From Hydrolagus affinis (taxonomy: Eukaryota), in the NCBI GenBank assembly GCA_012026655.1, contig JAAILG010000011.1:124001-188000 (forward strand): DNA of 64,000 nt, read 5' to 3'. This document shows positions 38,638 to 50,170 of this stretch, in pieces. Position 1 is the stretch's first letter. Every line of letters starts with the position of its first letter. The notes beneath the pieces were generated by a model, which was not told the origin of the DNA, did no database searches, and was given only the letters and a program-made list of their open reading frames with translations. The position numbers were made by a program, and so were the translations under genes.

Positions 38638-39178
38638 TAGTGTCCGTCGATATTGAATTTTTCTGGTATCAATATATCGGTGGGCTCATATTGATATCAC
38701 CAGGTTTTTTTTACTCGTGTTCCAAACCTTTACATATGAATGGCTTGGGAGGGTTGTGTGCAAATCTGATTGTGTTTGGTAGTGGGGGGAAGGGAAGAAG
38801 GGGAATGTGTGTGCATTCAGGGATGCGCGCGCATTCAGATATGTGCTCTACGCCCAGGAGGTTTGCAATGCCGGCGACAAGGTCTGTTGAACTTTCTTGT
38901 TACTGTTTTTGTTGTTTGTTGTTGTTGATGGAGCCCTTTGGCGCTTTAAGAAAATTAAGCTCTTGTATGCGTTGTGTCGTCAAGTACATTTGAACCTTTG
39001 GTTGTATATTTGCTGTATGCTGTAACGTGGCATATGTTGATGATATACTGATATTTCGTGGATATACCGATTTTTTTTCATACCGAACTTTTTTGATATA
39101 CGATATATTCACATTACCAATATTGGGATATCAATATGAAAAATTATACCAATATAATCGATATATCGCCGGACACTA
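38638..39178. mobile_element. Non-autonomous hAT-superfamily DNA transposon (541 bp)
   Basis: TIRs TAGTGTCCGTCGATAT / ATATCGCCGGACACTA (15/16); perfect 8-bp TSD GCGTGAAG (38630-38637, 39179-39186); subterminal GATAT/ATATC repeats; absent from paralogous units. Confidence 0.9.
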
Positions 39179-39281
39179 GCGTGAAGGCTACTTGTGGATT
39201 CCCTGGGTGTTAAATTATCTGGGTGACCTGGTATCGTTATATGTAAGCTTTCCTGAGCCCTAGTATCAGTAAAGGGATATA

Positions 39282-39622
39282 CAGTAAAAGCCTGTTTATC
39301 CAACACCCTCTGGGGGGGGTCGACTAATTGATTGTCGGATAATCGGGCGGCAAGTTGCCGAAAACCTAACACAAAAAAATTACTTATTTTAAAACATACC
39401 ATATTAATAATATACTAAATAGTAACAATATGGTATGGATACTTACCAATAAAGATTCAAGCACACTTGGTAAAACACAATTCTTTTACCGTTCTGCTAA
39501 AAAACCATAGTTCGTAAGTTTAATAAGTGCGCAGAGTGAGCATACTCGCGATTGCTGAAATGGGAAATTGCTCCGGGTATGCAATCCGGTTGATCGGGTC
39601 ACGGATAAACAGACCTTTACTG
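39282..39622. mobile_element. Tc1/mariner (Tigger/pogo-like) MITE (341 bp)
   Basis: TIRs CAGTAAAAGCCTGTTTATCC / GGATAAACAGACCTTTACTG (18/20); TA on both sides. Confidence 0.85.
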
Positions 39623-40041
39623 TATGTACTTTGCTTACCTATCAGTAGTTCCCTCCTACATTTACCCCTCATTTAAACACTTTGTTTGATTGAAATAAAT
39701 TGGATTGAAATATTTTGTTTATTTAATTCTACATTGGATGGTGTGATGCAATATCCTAAACTAAAAATGTATTTACATTTGACTTTTGTCATTTCCTTTT
39801 TTTTAGGCTGAGCTACAAAGCAGATACTGAAATGCAGTGTCCCATTGCAGATTGTCTCCATTTCTTCAGAAAGGCTTGGATACTTGTTCTCCAGGTATGT
39901 AAGAGAAACTATGTGTTAAGTGTTCCAAGACACTGCCCTGTGTGAAGTACACAATATAAAAAGCAAGTTGCTTTCGATTTTAATGATGTTAAATAAAGGT
40001 GCTTATAAGTGCACATTAGATCACTGCATTCATTGAGATTC

Positions 40042-40126
40042 TCCAGAGTTACAAATGATGTTCTCACGATGGTCTTCATAGTAAATGTGATGAAATTTCT
40101 ATATGACATTAGCTGATGGCTCTGGA
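40042..40126 (+). ncRNA. SNORD35: SNORD35 family copy 3
   Basis: Intact stem, C, D', C' and D boxes and guide. Confidence 0.88.
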
Positions 40127-40674
40127 CTGACTTTTATTGATTCAGAATAGAAATGAAGGAGACTTATTGTAAGGTAACTCATCAAATTGTTTTTGTTTTC
40201 AGACAGTTTTTCTAAGCTGAAGAGGATATTTCTGAATCCATGGGTCTTCGGGAATGCTAAGCAGTTTGCTCCGGTAAGCATGGGGGCTACTTAATCTTGT
40301 GGTTTTGCCGAGTATTAAATCGTCTGCGTGATCTGGTTTCAGTGCATGTAGAGTTTACTGACCCAGGCGTCAATAAAGGGACTTGCTTTCCTACCAGTGA
40401 GAAATGCAAGCTCTCTCTCTCTCGCCTGCGCTTTCACAAAGTGAGATAAGTGGGTTGACACTTGCATAATAACTCTTAATACCCTTTTTGATTCTTTTTA
40501 AAGCACGCTTTTTCAAATGCCTAGTCAGTTTGCGACAAGATAAATGGTTAGGTTCATTGATTAGAGAATCAAATGTATTTTCATAGATGAGTTGCATGGC
40601 AGTTTTATTTCATTATTATTTGTGGAAATGGTTTTTATAACTGCTTTGAAGCTGCCCAATGGTAACTTCTGGTT

Positions 40675-40773
40675 AAATAACTGGTGATAGAAAGTTTCCT
40701 CTTACATTTACTCGTTGCTTAAAACACCTGGTTAGATTAATTTTAAATTCTGATGGGAGCATTCCTATTATTT
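40675..40773 (+). pseudogene. Paralogous copy C of the candidate C/D snoRNA (box D lost)
   Basis: GTGATAG 40684; guide TGATGGGAGCATT followed by CCTA instead of CTGA. Confidence 0.35.
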
Positions 40774-40849
40774 CATACCACATTAGACTTAAATAATGCT
40801 GTACTCATGCTTTTAAGTGCACATTAGATTGCTGCATTCATTGAGATTC

Positions 40850-40934
40850 TCCAGAGTTACAAATGATGTTCTCATGATGGTCTTCATAATAAATGTGATG
40901 AAATTTCTATATGAAATTAGCTGATGGCTCTGGA
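40850..40934 (+). ncRNA. SNORD35: SNORD35 family copy 4
   Basis: Intact boxes and stem; guide TCTCATGATGGTCT (C>T, becomes a G-U pair). Confidence 0.85.
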
Positions 40935-41996
40935 TTGTTTTGTTGCTTCAAAGTAGAAATGGAAGAGACTTGTTGCAAGGTAACTGATCAAATTGTTTTT
41001 ATTTCTGCTAGTTTTTTTTACAGCTGAAGATAAGTGATCCATAGCAATTCTGAATCTGCAAAATGCTAAGTCTTCAGGAATGCTAAGCAACTTGTTCAGG
41101 TGGGCGTGAAGGCTTAATCTTGTGGTTGTCCTGAGTATTGACCTGTCTGGATGACCTGGTTTCATTGCATGCAAATTTTACTGACCGTTATATTGATGAT
41201 GATCAGGAGTGGGTATACATACTTGTTTACCTATCAGTAGGGAAAATACAAGCTATCACACATCTGTGCTTCCACAAACTGAAAGAGTGGCTCCCTCTCT
41301 GTCAGCTACGGCAGTGACATATTTGTAAAGATACATTGTTTTATTGTAGATTAACTAAAACGAAGGACTTTTGGAAATAAAAATCGGTAATTAATCTTCT
41401 GTTATTTATCATTTCAAATTGTAGTACCCAATTCAGTAGTTTAATATTAGTTTCTTCTGCAAAATATACAGTCGTTTCACCTTATAGTGTCTACTATGAA
41501 GCTGTTTGAGACATCTCGAAAATGTGTGATAAGGCGCGATATCAATGCAACAAGTAGTATTACACAATGGCCCTATAATATATTTTTGTTCATTTTATAA
41601 AGTACAATTTTCAAGTGCTTAGTTCATATGTAGATCGTGGTTGGAAGCCACACAAGCAAAACATCTGGGTTTGATTCCCACCAGGGCAAAAGGTTGGGCG
41701 AGTTTCCTTTCTCCACACTCCTCTGTTGACCTGGCAGTAAGTGGAAACCTGGTTGTTAGTTGATTGGTAGATTGTGTTTCTGGGGATAATAGTTCCTTAA
41801 CAGAAAATCGGTCACTTCAAACCACAGCTTTCAATGAAATAGCTAATGCAATTGGTTGTTATTTTTCACCTACAAAATATACTGTCAATTCATTTTACAG
41901 TTTATTCTGTATAGTTCTTTGAGGCACGTCGAAAACAAAATAAGCTGTTATATAAGATGCAGGGATCATTATTATTTGTGACAAAATATGAGACAA

Positions 41997-42079
41997 TCCA
42001 GAGTTACAAATGATGTTCACATGATGGTCTTCATAATACATGTGATGAAATTGTTATTACGTTGACTGATGGCTCTGGA
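41997..42079 (+). ncRNA. SNORD35: SNORD35 family copy 5 (most diverged)
   Basis: Intact boxes and stem; guide TCACATGATGGTCT with one mismatch and one extra wobble; 3' half diverged. Confidence 0.8.
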
Positions 42080-43059
42080 TTATTTTATTGATTCAAAGTA
42101 GGAATGAAGGAGTCTTGTTGCAAGCTAACTGATCAAATTATTTTTCACAGCTGAAGATGAAAGTGCTCCATGGTAATATTTCTGAATCCACGGGTCTTCA
42201 GGAATGCTAAACAGGTGGGCATGAGGGCTACTTATTCTTGTAGTTTCCTCGAATGTAAAACTGTCTGGGTGACCTGGTTTCAGTACATGTAAACTTTGCT
42301 GACTCTCAGATCCCTAGTGCTTAAATGACTTGCTTCTTCTAGTTTATTTGTAATTTATTTGGTCTTCAAAACTGTAGCCTTTGGGGGGAATACTACTATT
42401 CTCCCAGAGCTGCTGGCTCTGTTTAATTCTGGCCAAAATAATTTTGCACTTTATAATTTCTCATTAGTTAGGAAAAATAATGCAATTTGTCCCTGAACTT
42501 GGCTATCATCTACAAACATACTTTCCAGTAATTGGGAATAGTGGCTGTTTTTTTTTTCCTCTTTTCCCTTCTGCCTCATTCTGTCTCAGTCCATTTGAGT
42601 TTAGACCAATAATAGCAAAAAGTTCAGTTTGGCGTTTATTTAAAACATTTGGTGCGTCGTATGTTGCCAGTTCTCGATTTAACATTCCAACTAAGAATGA
42701 TAAATGAGTCAATTTCCCCTCATCTGTAACCTTTCTTCTCTTCTAGACAACAACTTTGAAGAGGGATTCAATACAGGGACAAAATGAATTCACAGCCGTC
42801 GTCTTTCAGTACTTCACCTTACTGGGTCATCCAATCATTAAAATGCCTGGGATGCATTTTGATGCATTTGGGTTTGTGAACTCTTGCTGGTTTTTGTACA
42901 GCTAGTTCGCTAGTGCTGTAGTTTCACAGCTGAGTCCAGTTGACTGCCTTATGTGTGATAGCGAAGAATAGTCTTTGTGATTGACTTCAGTTTGTGCACA
43001 AAATCATTTCTGGCTCCTATTGAACTAAATGAGGCCATAATTAAAATAAATTTCACTGA

Positions 43060-43340
43060 GCAGTGCATATTGGGGGGTTTCTTGGTTTGTCTCTGAGCTG
43101 GTTTGGCTGGAGCCAGTAAGAGAGCTATGATTGTCCTTGGTGCCTTTGGGCTTCAGAGAGGAAATTAATCAGAATTTCTACTCTTGATTGCTTTTCAGTG
43201 GGTGCTGCTGGAAACTGCATTTCTGGACATTGAGCAAGGCCAATTGGTCTTAATTGTCATTCTCCTGGGGCCAAATAGCCTGTTGACACTGCCTGAAACA
43301 TGAGGAATGGGTTACGAAAGAGTGTTGTTACTTGTGGAAT
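43060..43340 (+). repeat. Old interspersed repeat (SINE-like), with a related reverse copy at ~30080-30290
   Basis: tcagtgggtgctgctggaaa...aatagcctgttgacac resembles the reverse complement of 30170-30270 (gttgataggcttttcc...tttctagctggggtca). Confidence 0.4.
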
Positions 43341-44202
43341 TGTGTCCCTAGGTGAACTTGGACTTGTGCATGTTTCGAAGGGAAGTAGAGGATATTTTCA
43401 TTGTACCATCTTTATATAAGCAAGATTCTGAAGGGGGGTTGTTGAACCCTTATTTTACCTCAAACACTTTGATTACTTTTAGACTTAGTGTTAAGTTCTG
43501 AGTAGAAAATTCTAATGGACACAAATCACTTTTTGAGTATTTCATATGGTTTACATTGTGAGTTTCTGGCAATTATTCAAGCAGCTATTGACTGGTTTCT
43601 TAAACTGCCTCTAATTGTGGCCCCATTTGTATTACTGAAAACACAAGAAAACTTAAGTCACTATGACATTTACAAATTACTGCAATAACCAAATGTCGTA
43701 TTTTCTCTTGGGGACAGCAAAGATTACTTAAGTAACAAGAAAATTGCTGTTTAAATCTTGAATGGCTGTTGGTAGGTACAACATGAAAGCCAATCTAGCT
43801 GAAACGTTCATCTATTGTGTCCCAGCGGGTTTAGTCCAGATTATTGCATGTTAATATCATTAACCATGTAATGTATGTTAGCACTGCAAGTGCCAAAGAG
43901 CACAATTATATTGCGGTCTCGCTTGAACGGTTGGATATAATAGTACAGATTATAAACACTTTAGAAATACCCATGTTTTACTTGTATATGTTAATCTAAC
44001 TTAAAATTGTATTTCTAGCTGGGTGAGAACTGGGTTTGGAGGTTGAATTGTTGTTTATTAAACATGATTTTCTTAAACTCACTGGGTGCTGAATTGTGTA
44101 ATTTTAGGGATATATGGTGGACGTGAGATGCATTGCACTATCTCTGGTTGAAAGCTATTTTAGTTTTTAACAAGCTTTTTTAAACACATGCTACTTACTA
44201 TA

Positions 44203-44858
44203 TAGTCCACCTTTGCCGAACGCGACTTTCTCGACTGCGGATTTGCCTATACGCAAAGAAATAAATTAGGCAGTTTTTTGCGTAACGCGAGTAAAATTTG
44301 TGTATATACGCGCTGGCTGGCCCCGTGCGCATGTGCATTTGGGAGGACGCCGGCCCCGCGCGCAGTGCATACTTGGGAGGACGCTGGCAGCTCCCGACTA
44401 AGTCCGATGATTCCTCAGCTGGCTGGACTTGCGCATATGCGCATTTGGGAGGACGCCAGCCTCCACGTGTAATGTACACTTGGGAGGACGCCGCCAGTTC
44501 CTGCCTAAGTCCGATGATTCATCGGTGCAACCTGCTAAACAGAAGAGAGAGAGTCTCTTAAAACTTCCAGGGTAAAATCATTTAGCCAAGCTGTGGTAGT
44601 GTAAGGTGCTGTTTTATTGTCTAGCGAGTTGGGGAGCGTGATGAACGGGCCAGCCAGCTGTAAGTTGCCTCAGTACGTACCTTGCATTGGTCGGATGTGG
44701 ATGTGCCTGGAGGCTTGAGGTTGGATAGCCTGTAGATGGATTCCTCTCACCCCTTTTTTTCCATTACAATACAATACTTATTAAGCTTACCGAACATGAT
44801 TTTACTGAGTGCGTTGTTCTACAGGAACGTAACTGCTGCGTTCGGCAAGGGTCTACTG
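44203..44858. mobile_element. Tigger/pogo-like non-autonomous element with internal GC-rich repeats
   Basis: Imperfect TIRs TAGTCCACCTTTGCCGAACGC / GCGTTCGGCAAGGGTCTACTG; TA flanks; four TTGGGAGGACGC units at 44339-44490. Confidence 0.75.
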
Positions 44859-45019
44859 TATTGCTTAATTTTCTATGTGGGATAGGTGGCTTATTGTTTA
44901 TTCTTACAGTAACAGATCACCTAAACTTAGCTTACGCTTGCTGCAAGTTCCTATTGCTGATTAATTTAATTTGCTTCTATGTTGGAAAACGGTAGGTTCC
45001 AACTCCATCAGGGTTTTGA

Positions 45020-45335
45020 CTGACTAGTGATGAGGGGTTGCTCTCACATTGCTACAGTGAGGTCTTCAGATAAGACATTAAACTGAGTTCTTATCTACTT
45101 GTTCAGGTCAACGTTGAAGATCCTGTGGCACTATTTGAAAGGAGAAGGGAGTTTCCTTGTGTCATAGCCAATCCCCAAGACAAAATTTGTTTTTCATCAA
45201 TGTTTGGAAGTCATTGCTTTGTGCAAATTGGTTGTTGTGTTTCCCCAGAATGACTACATTTCACAGTGAATCTTGTGAAGTAATTTGAGCTGCTCTACTG
45301 ACAAAAGAGGTTTTATATCAAATGCAACAATAATT
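45020..45335 (+). mobile_element. Deu-domain SINE
   Basis: cagataagacattaaactgag...gatcctgtggcactatttgaaaggagaagggag plus tail. Confidence 0.65.
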
Positions 45336-48300
45336 ACAGAAACTTCCAGCCCAATGGGGAAACCAGGAAATATATCATATTTATAAATGTTCACAAAAAT
45401 GTAAATTGTTCAATGGGTTCTAATTTGCAGTTTAGGCTGTGTGTGTTGGCAGTTGCACAAAAGGAATTGCGGGTGTTTTTAATTGTTTAACAATCGTAAA
45501 AGTTGCTTTCAATTTCTTCATGACATATTTACATAATTAAAGCCATCTGTATTACACATGGTTAGCACAACATGCAAGCTAAATACTAATAGGTTGGGTT
45601 ATCTAACCAGTGGGACACACATACAGTTGGGCATATAAATGATAGGTGTGGGAGATGTGTACTGTACTTGTATTTCCCTCTGATGGTGATTTGTGATTCC
45701 CAGATATGAATTGGTATTAGGTGAAGGAGCTAGTTTGCTTTTAGGCTCATTATCAACTACCATGGCATGAATGTTGGGTTGAGGGAAGGTACATTTTATA
45801 ATCCATGTGACCTAGATTTGCATCTCCAAAGAACTGTCTTGTAACCTTTTGGCTGCTTGTATTTCAAAGCAAATAATCCACAATTTGCTATCTGGCTTGT
45901 GTTAATTAGAACATAGTTCATGTTCATTTTTGATTTTTTAAAAAGATCATATTTAAGCCATCTCATTTTCTGGAGATCCAGGAAAGGTAAAGATAAGGTT
46001 GGATCAAACTCCTACAGCAGGCGTGTATTATTTGGTATGGCTGTTTTGCTACTTGCTCAAGTGATGGGAATGCAGTTTCCTCGTGACTTGGCGAATCTTG
46101 AATGATTGATCATTGGGTTATTTTAGAAATCTGCAGCTGATTTTGTGTACTTGCCAGGCGATCGGCCAAATTAAAATAGCACCAGTTCAACGGTGCTCAG
46201 AAAAGCCAGAAGTCAGGAATCAAATCATCTCAGAAAGCAAAGTGGAGAAGATTTGTTCAGTTGGAGGAAATAGATTAAGCTTGACAGGAAGCCTGAAGAT
46301 GAAACACTTCCAATTCCCATTTTTACATTGAACTGGATTGTAGTCATTCTAATTAATGATTTCAATGTCTGTCTTATTGAGACTAGCTATGTCTTATCCC
46401 AATGCATTACAAGGAACTATGAGATCTGTGAATATGCATACTTGAATATCTTAAGACTCCCACTTGAAGATTTACTACTGTAGATATTTAGCACTGATTG
46501 CACCTACATGGTACAATACTTCTAATTCTGAAAGTTGGTTTTGGCAATTGCTGAGTCATGAGTGTTGACATTGCAACAATATAATAATAATAATCCTTAC
46601 ATTTCATATAGCTCTTTGTATCACATATTTCAGATGGCTCAAAGTGCCTCACGGAGTATACTGTGAAGTGAATCAACTATATTTTGTGGGCATTAAATAA
46701 CTTTCCCCCACTCCAATTGAGATGAACAATGCAACTGGCTTTACACACATTCACATGAACTGGATCTAAAATGTATTCTGCTAACTTGTGTGTGGTCGAG
46801 AGCAGGCAAATGATTTGTAGACACACAAATTATTGGGTGTACCTTATACACAGACTGATCAAACTCCTGTTGTAAAGATTTCAGGTGACACATACAAACT
46901 TTGTTGGCATGATTGAATGCTGATTGTTGAACGCATGCAGCAGCTTAGGATTTATGGATGAAGTGGCCTGACGAGACATTTAGAATCAGTCTGCCATTGA
47001 GAGTTGACTTGACCTGAGAAAATAAGCTCGACAATTATTTCAATAAATCTACTCTAGCAATGAGCTTCCTTTTAAAAAAAAGCACACATCTAAATACAGT
47101 TGACTTTGTGCTGGCAGCATCTGGCATATCAATTTGGAATTAGAAACTAGTATCGCACAATAAGAGGCACTTAGTATGATCATTGGTTAGATGGTGTACT
47201 GGGGTAAGTAAGCAACTGCAAGTGCAGAGAAAATTTGAGATGTCTAGACATGAAAAGTGCTATGTCAAATGCAAGGATTATTAAAACATTTTTTTTTCTT
47301 GGTACTCAAAGTTGATCAGGCTAAAACTCACAGAGATGGAGGCAAGAGGAATTATCCTCTTGTATGTTGAAATATTGTGGCGAAACAGCCTTTCTCTTTC
47401 TGAGTTGAACATTATCTCTTGAGAGTTGCTTTGCATATTGGTGTTATATTGCAATAGAATTACACGAGGGGAAACTAATTCGCAATTGCATCCATTTGCT
47501 GATCAATAAATCTTACCTTCTACTGCGCTTCTATAAAGATGCCATTTCCCAGAACTGTAGTATCAGTGTTAGGATGTGATACAGTGCCATTCACATTGGG
47601 AGGGTATCACAAAGTACATCACAGGATACACTAATGTGGGCTGGTTGTGTGATCTGTATATTGCAAGTAAGCTGTATGGTAAACTTGCATTTAACCCAAC
47701 TATACACGGGTATGTTGATTGTTGTCTAACTGCCATGTTAACTCCCCATAAGATTCAAAGCTAATGTTCTGCATTATGGAAGACTAACCATCTGTGTTAC
47801 ATACAGTACTCGTAAGTGGGTTTAATGCAATTTTCATTTTATGGAGTGACTTTCTCGTCAGTTGGACGCCTGAATGCGTGTTTCTATATGCACTGGAAAC
47901 CTGTACATCTATTAAACTTAATTCTAGAATTTTTGGAGCAGGAGTCAGTTTTGTCTATTGTGGTCTGGGTGATGTTAGTTCCCCATTGGAGCTATCTGCC
48001 ATTTCACATCTCCTGGATAATCCTATTTTCTGTTCCCTCTTCTGGATATTTAATTCTTATGCATTGTACAGGTACTTGAAATTGGCCTTTTATCTGAATA
48101 CTTTGGCAGTACCTTCCTTGTCATTTCACTATAGTACAATCAGGTGTGATCATTTACATTACAGTTTGTGCTGTAGGGTTTAATGTCGTTGGTACTAGTT
48201 ATAATCCAATTGTTAGGATTTCATAACAAGAAGGCCATTTGGCCCAGATCCCTGCTGTCTCATATCCTTTTGTATTCCTCTTCAAACAATCTCTCTGGTG

Positions 48301-48429
48301 AAAAATAACTTGCTTCTAAATCTGCTCATGCAGCTCTTGAACCAACTATTCCCATCCTGTTTCTGAGGAGGATGCAAGGGACCTATACACTCGTGAGTTT
48401 TTTTTTTTCCTCAACGCAGTCAGGATCCA

Positions 48430-50170
48430 CAATTTATGCGTTTAGTAAAGGCAATGTATGATGCCGTCAGTGAAGTCATACCAAAAAAGATTCACAACTG
48501 CCTCTTAATTCAGCAATCGTGATTGCAAACACCCAAGAGCAAGACATTGTGCTTAAAAATTCTTATTGAATACATGATAACTTTTAAATACGCTATTTTA
48601 GCAGCAATGTAACGAGCTGCAGTGGTGCAGTCTCTGTAATGGGCTAAGCGGGAACCAATTACCATTGCTGGCCAGTGTGGACCTTATTATCTCGATTGCC
48701 AGTAAATGAAATCCCAGATGAATGGTGTTTGATCCTGAAAATTTCGGTGAGATGTCTCTAGCTTTGAAAGTTTCTTCCCCCCCCACCCCCCCAACCCTGT
48801 ACCTAATCAACCAAATGGGTATAAGTGATGAAAAGAATATACATTGTAGTAAAATTATAACGATTTCAACACGAAGTCCATTTTGAGAATATTAATGGAG
48901 CATTTGCCCTCTAAGAGGATGTGTGTTGTAATTTTGTGCTACATTAGCCTAAATAGTTCAATTAAAAGTACTATTCTCCTAAGGGTGCACAAAGCTGCTT
49001 TATGGGTTATTTCACGATGTAATAATGGCAACACACTCCTGACATTTAAAAAAAAAATGCCTCTTTTGGCTTTAAGACGTGCGTGCATCCCAACGGATAA
49101 ACTCTCTGATGTTTCTTTTGCCTGACACATTGTTTGAAATGAAGTGAAGGCATCGCTAAATCCCATGCACACTTCCAGTTCTCCAGCCTTTTCATTTTGT
49201 TATGCATCGCCAGAACTTAACGAGAAAGCTGAAGAATCCGATCCCTGCATGCTTGTGATAAGCCCTAAATACAGCACTTTCATTGATTGCCAGAATGAAG
49301 CATTTTGTATGCAAATGAAGTATGGATTGGCAGAGCTGATGTGGCTGGGATGGAAAATAATAAACATATACCCCCTTGAATAGAATGTTTGCGTAAGCTG
49401 TTAGTTAACTTTGAACAGGAAAGTGCTCTTGCCTTATTTTAATAATTTAGAGCTCCTTTACGGTGGGAGTTCTGCTCTTTTTATTAAACCGTAAATGTTC
49501 TGAGATAAATAAGCGCATTGTTAACATTACTGGGCTTTATTTCACAATGATTTATATGAAACGAGCAATAAAAATAACACTTTGACAATGACCATCTTTC
49601 AAAAGCCGCCCTTGCAACGACGTACAATAGGAGCAGCAAAAAATTCACATCAAAACGTACTGAACCCTGGAATGACTGTGTGTTGGGCACTTGTATATAT
49701 GCTCAGGCGGTTGAATGTCTTGTCAGTGTACGGGGAAAAATACTGTGTGCCGTTTAAACTCACGTTTATACTGCATCTACGATAACCCATTTCAGAAAGC
49801 AGCTCGTCATAGATCAGCGCTCTGGTAATTTACAGTCAAGACGCAATCGTTAATTTAATGTTATCACTGAGGTTAGGAGGTCATTATTGATAGGTGGTCC
49901 CTATGATGGGTTTTGGTGTATTACAGGGGGCTCACAATACTTTATAATTGTCCGGATTGCTTAGTATCCAGTGACGCATTGAACGGTCAAAACGAAACAA
50001 TGGCTTTTTGAATTGTACGTGTTATCACAGCTGCTGTTAATGACATGCACCTGCCAATTCAGCTTTACATTAGAGCAGGAAACAGATTGAGAATTTTAGA
50101 AGCTCTAATTGGTTGCCCGGCAGGCACGAATTCCAGGTATGCATCCAAACAATATGGTTTGATTCTTGAA
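48430..50170. promoter_or_regulatory. Probable conserved non-coding/enhancer sequence
   Basis: Repeat-free, with retained CpGs and dense TAAT/ACAAT/TGAC motifs; lies in the interval that precedes LMO1 in vertebrate synteny. Inference only. Confidence 0.3.

Larger units (their letters stand above)
32982..43070 (+). ncRNA. Putative spliced non-coding snoRNA host gene (5'TOP, about 13 short exons)
   Basis: Pyrimidine tract start 32982-32997; GT-AG exons predicted at ~32982-33043, 34016-34100, 34664-34732, 35689-35744, 36521-36554, 37212-37299, 37615-37687, ~38548-38625, 39807-39894, ~40203-40273, 41024-41099, 42151-42214, 42747-~43070 (AATAAA 43045-43050); no long ORF; intronic C/D snoRNAs ~80-100 nt upstream of acceptors. 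Confidence 0.7.

Noticed and set aside
38451-38993. 180-aa plus-strand ORF
   Set aside because: Runs through a snoRNA end, an exon and the hAT MITE; no transposase or other recognisable motif.
37459-42079. Repeat-spacer array resembling CRISPR
   Set aside because: Eukaryotic DNA; repeats are 85-nt snoRNAs separated by ~0.7-1.6 kb of homologous intron and exon sequence; no cas genes.
43780-43810. Second hammerhead-like motif (catgaaagcc...gctgaaacg)
   Set aside because: Lacks the CUGA of the catalytic core; too degenerate to call.
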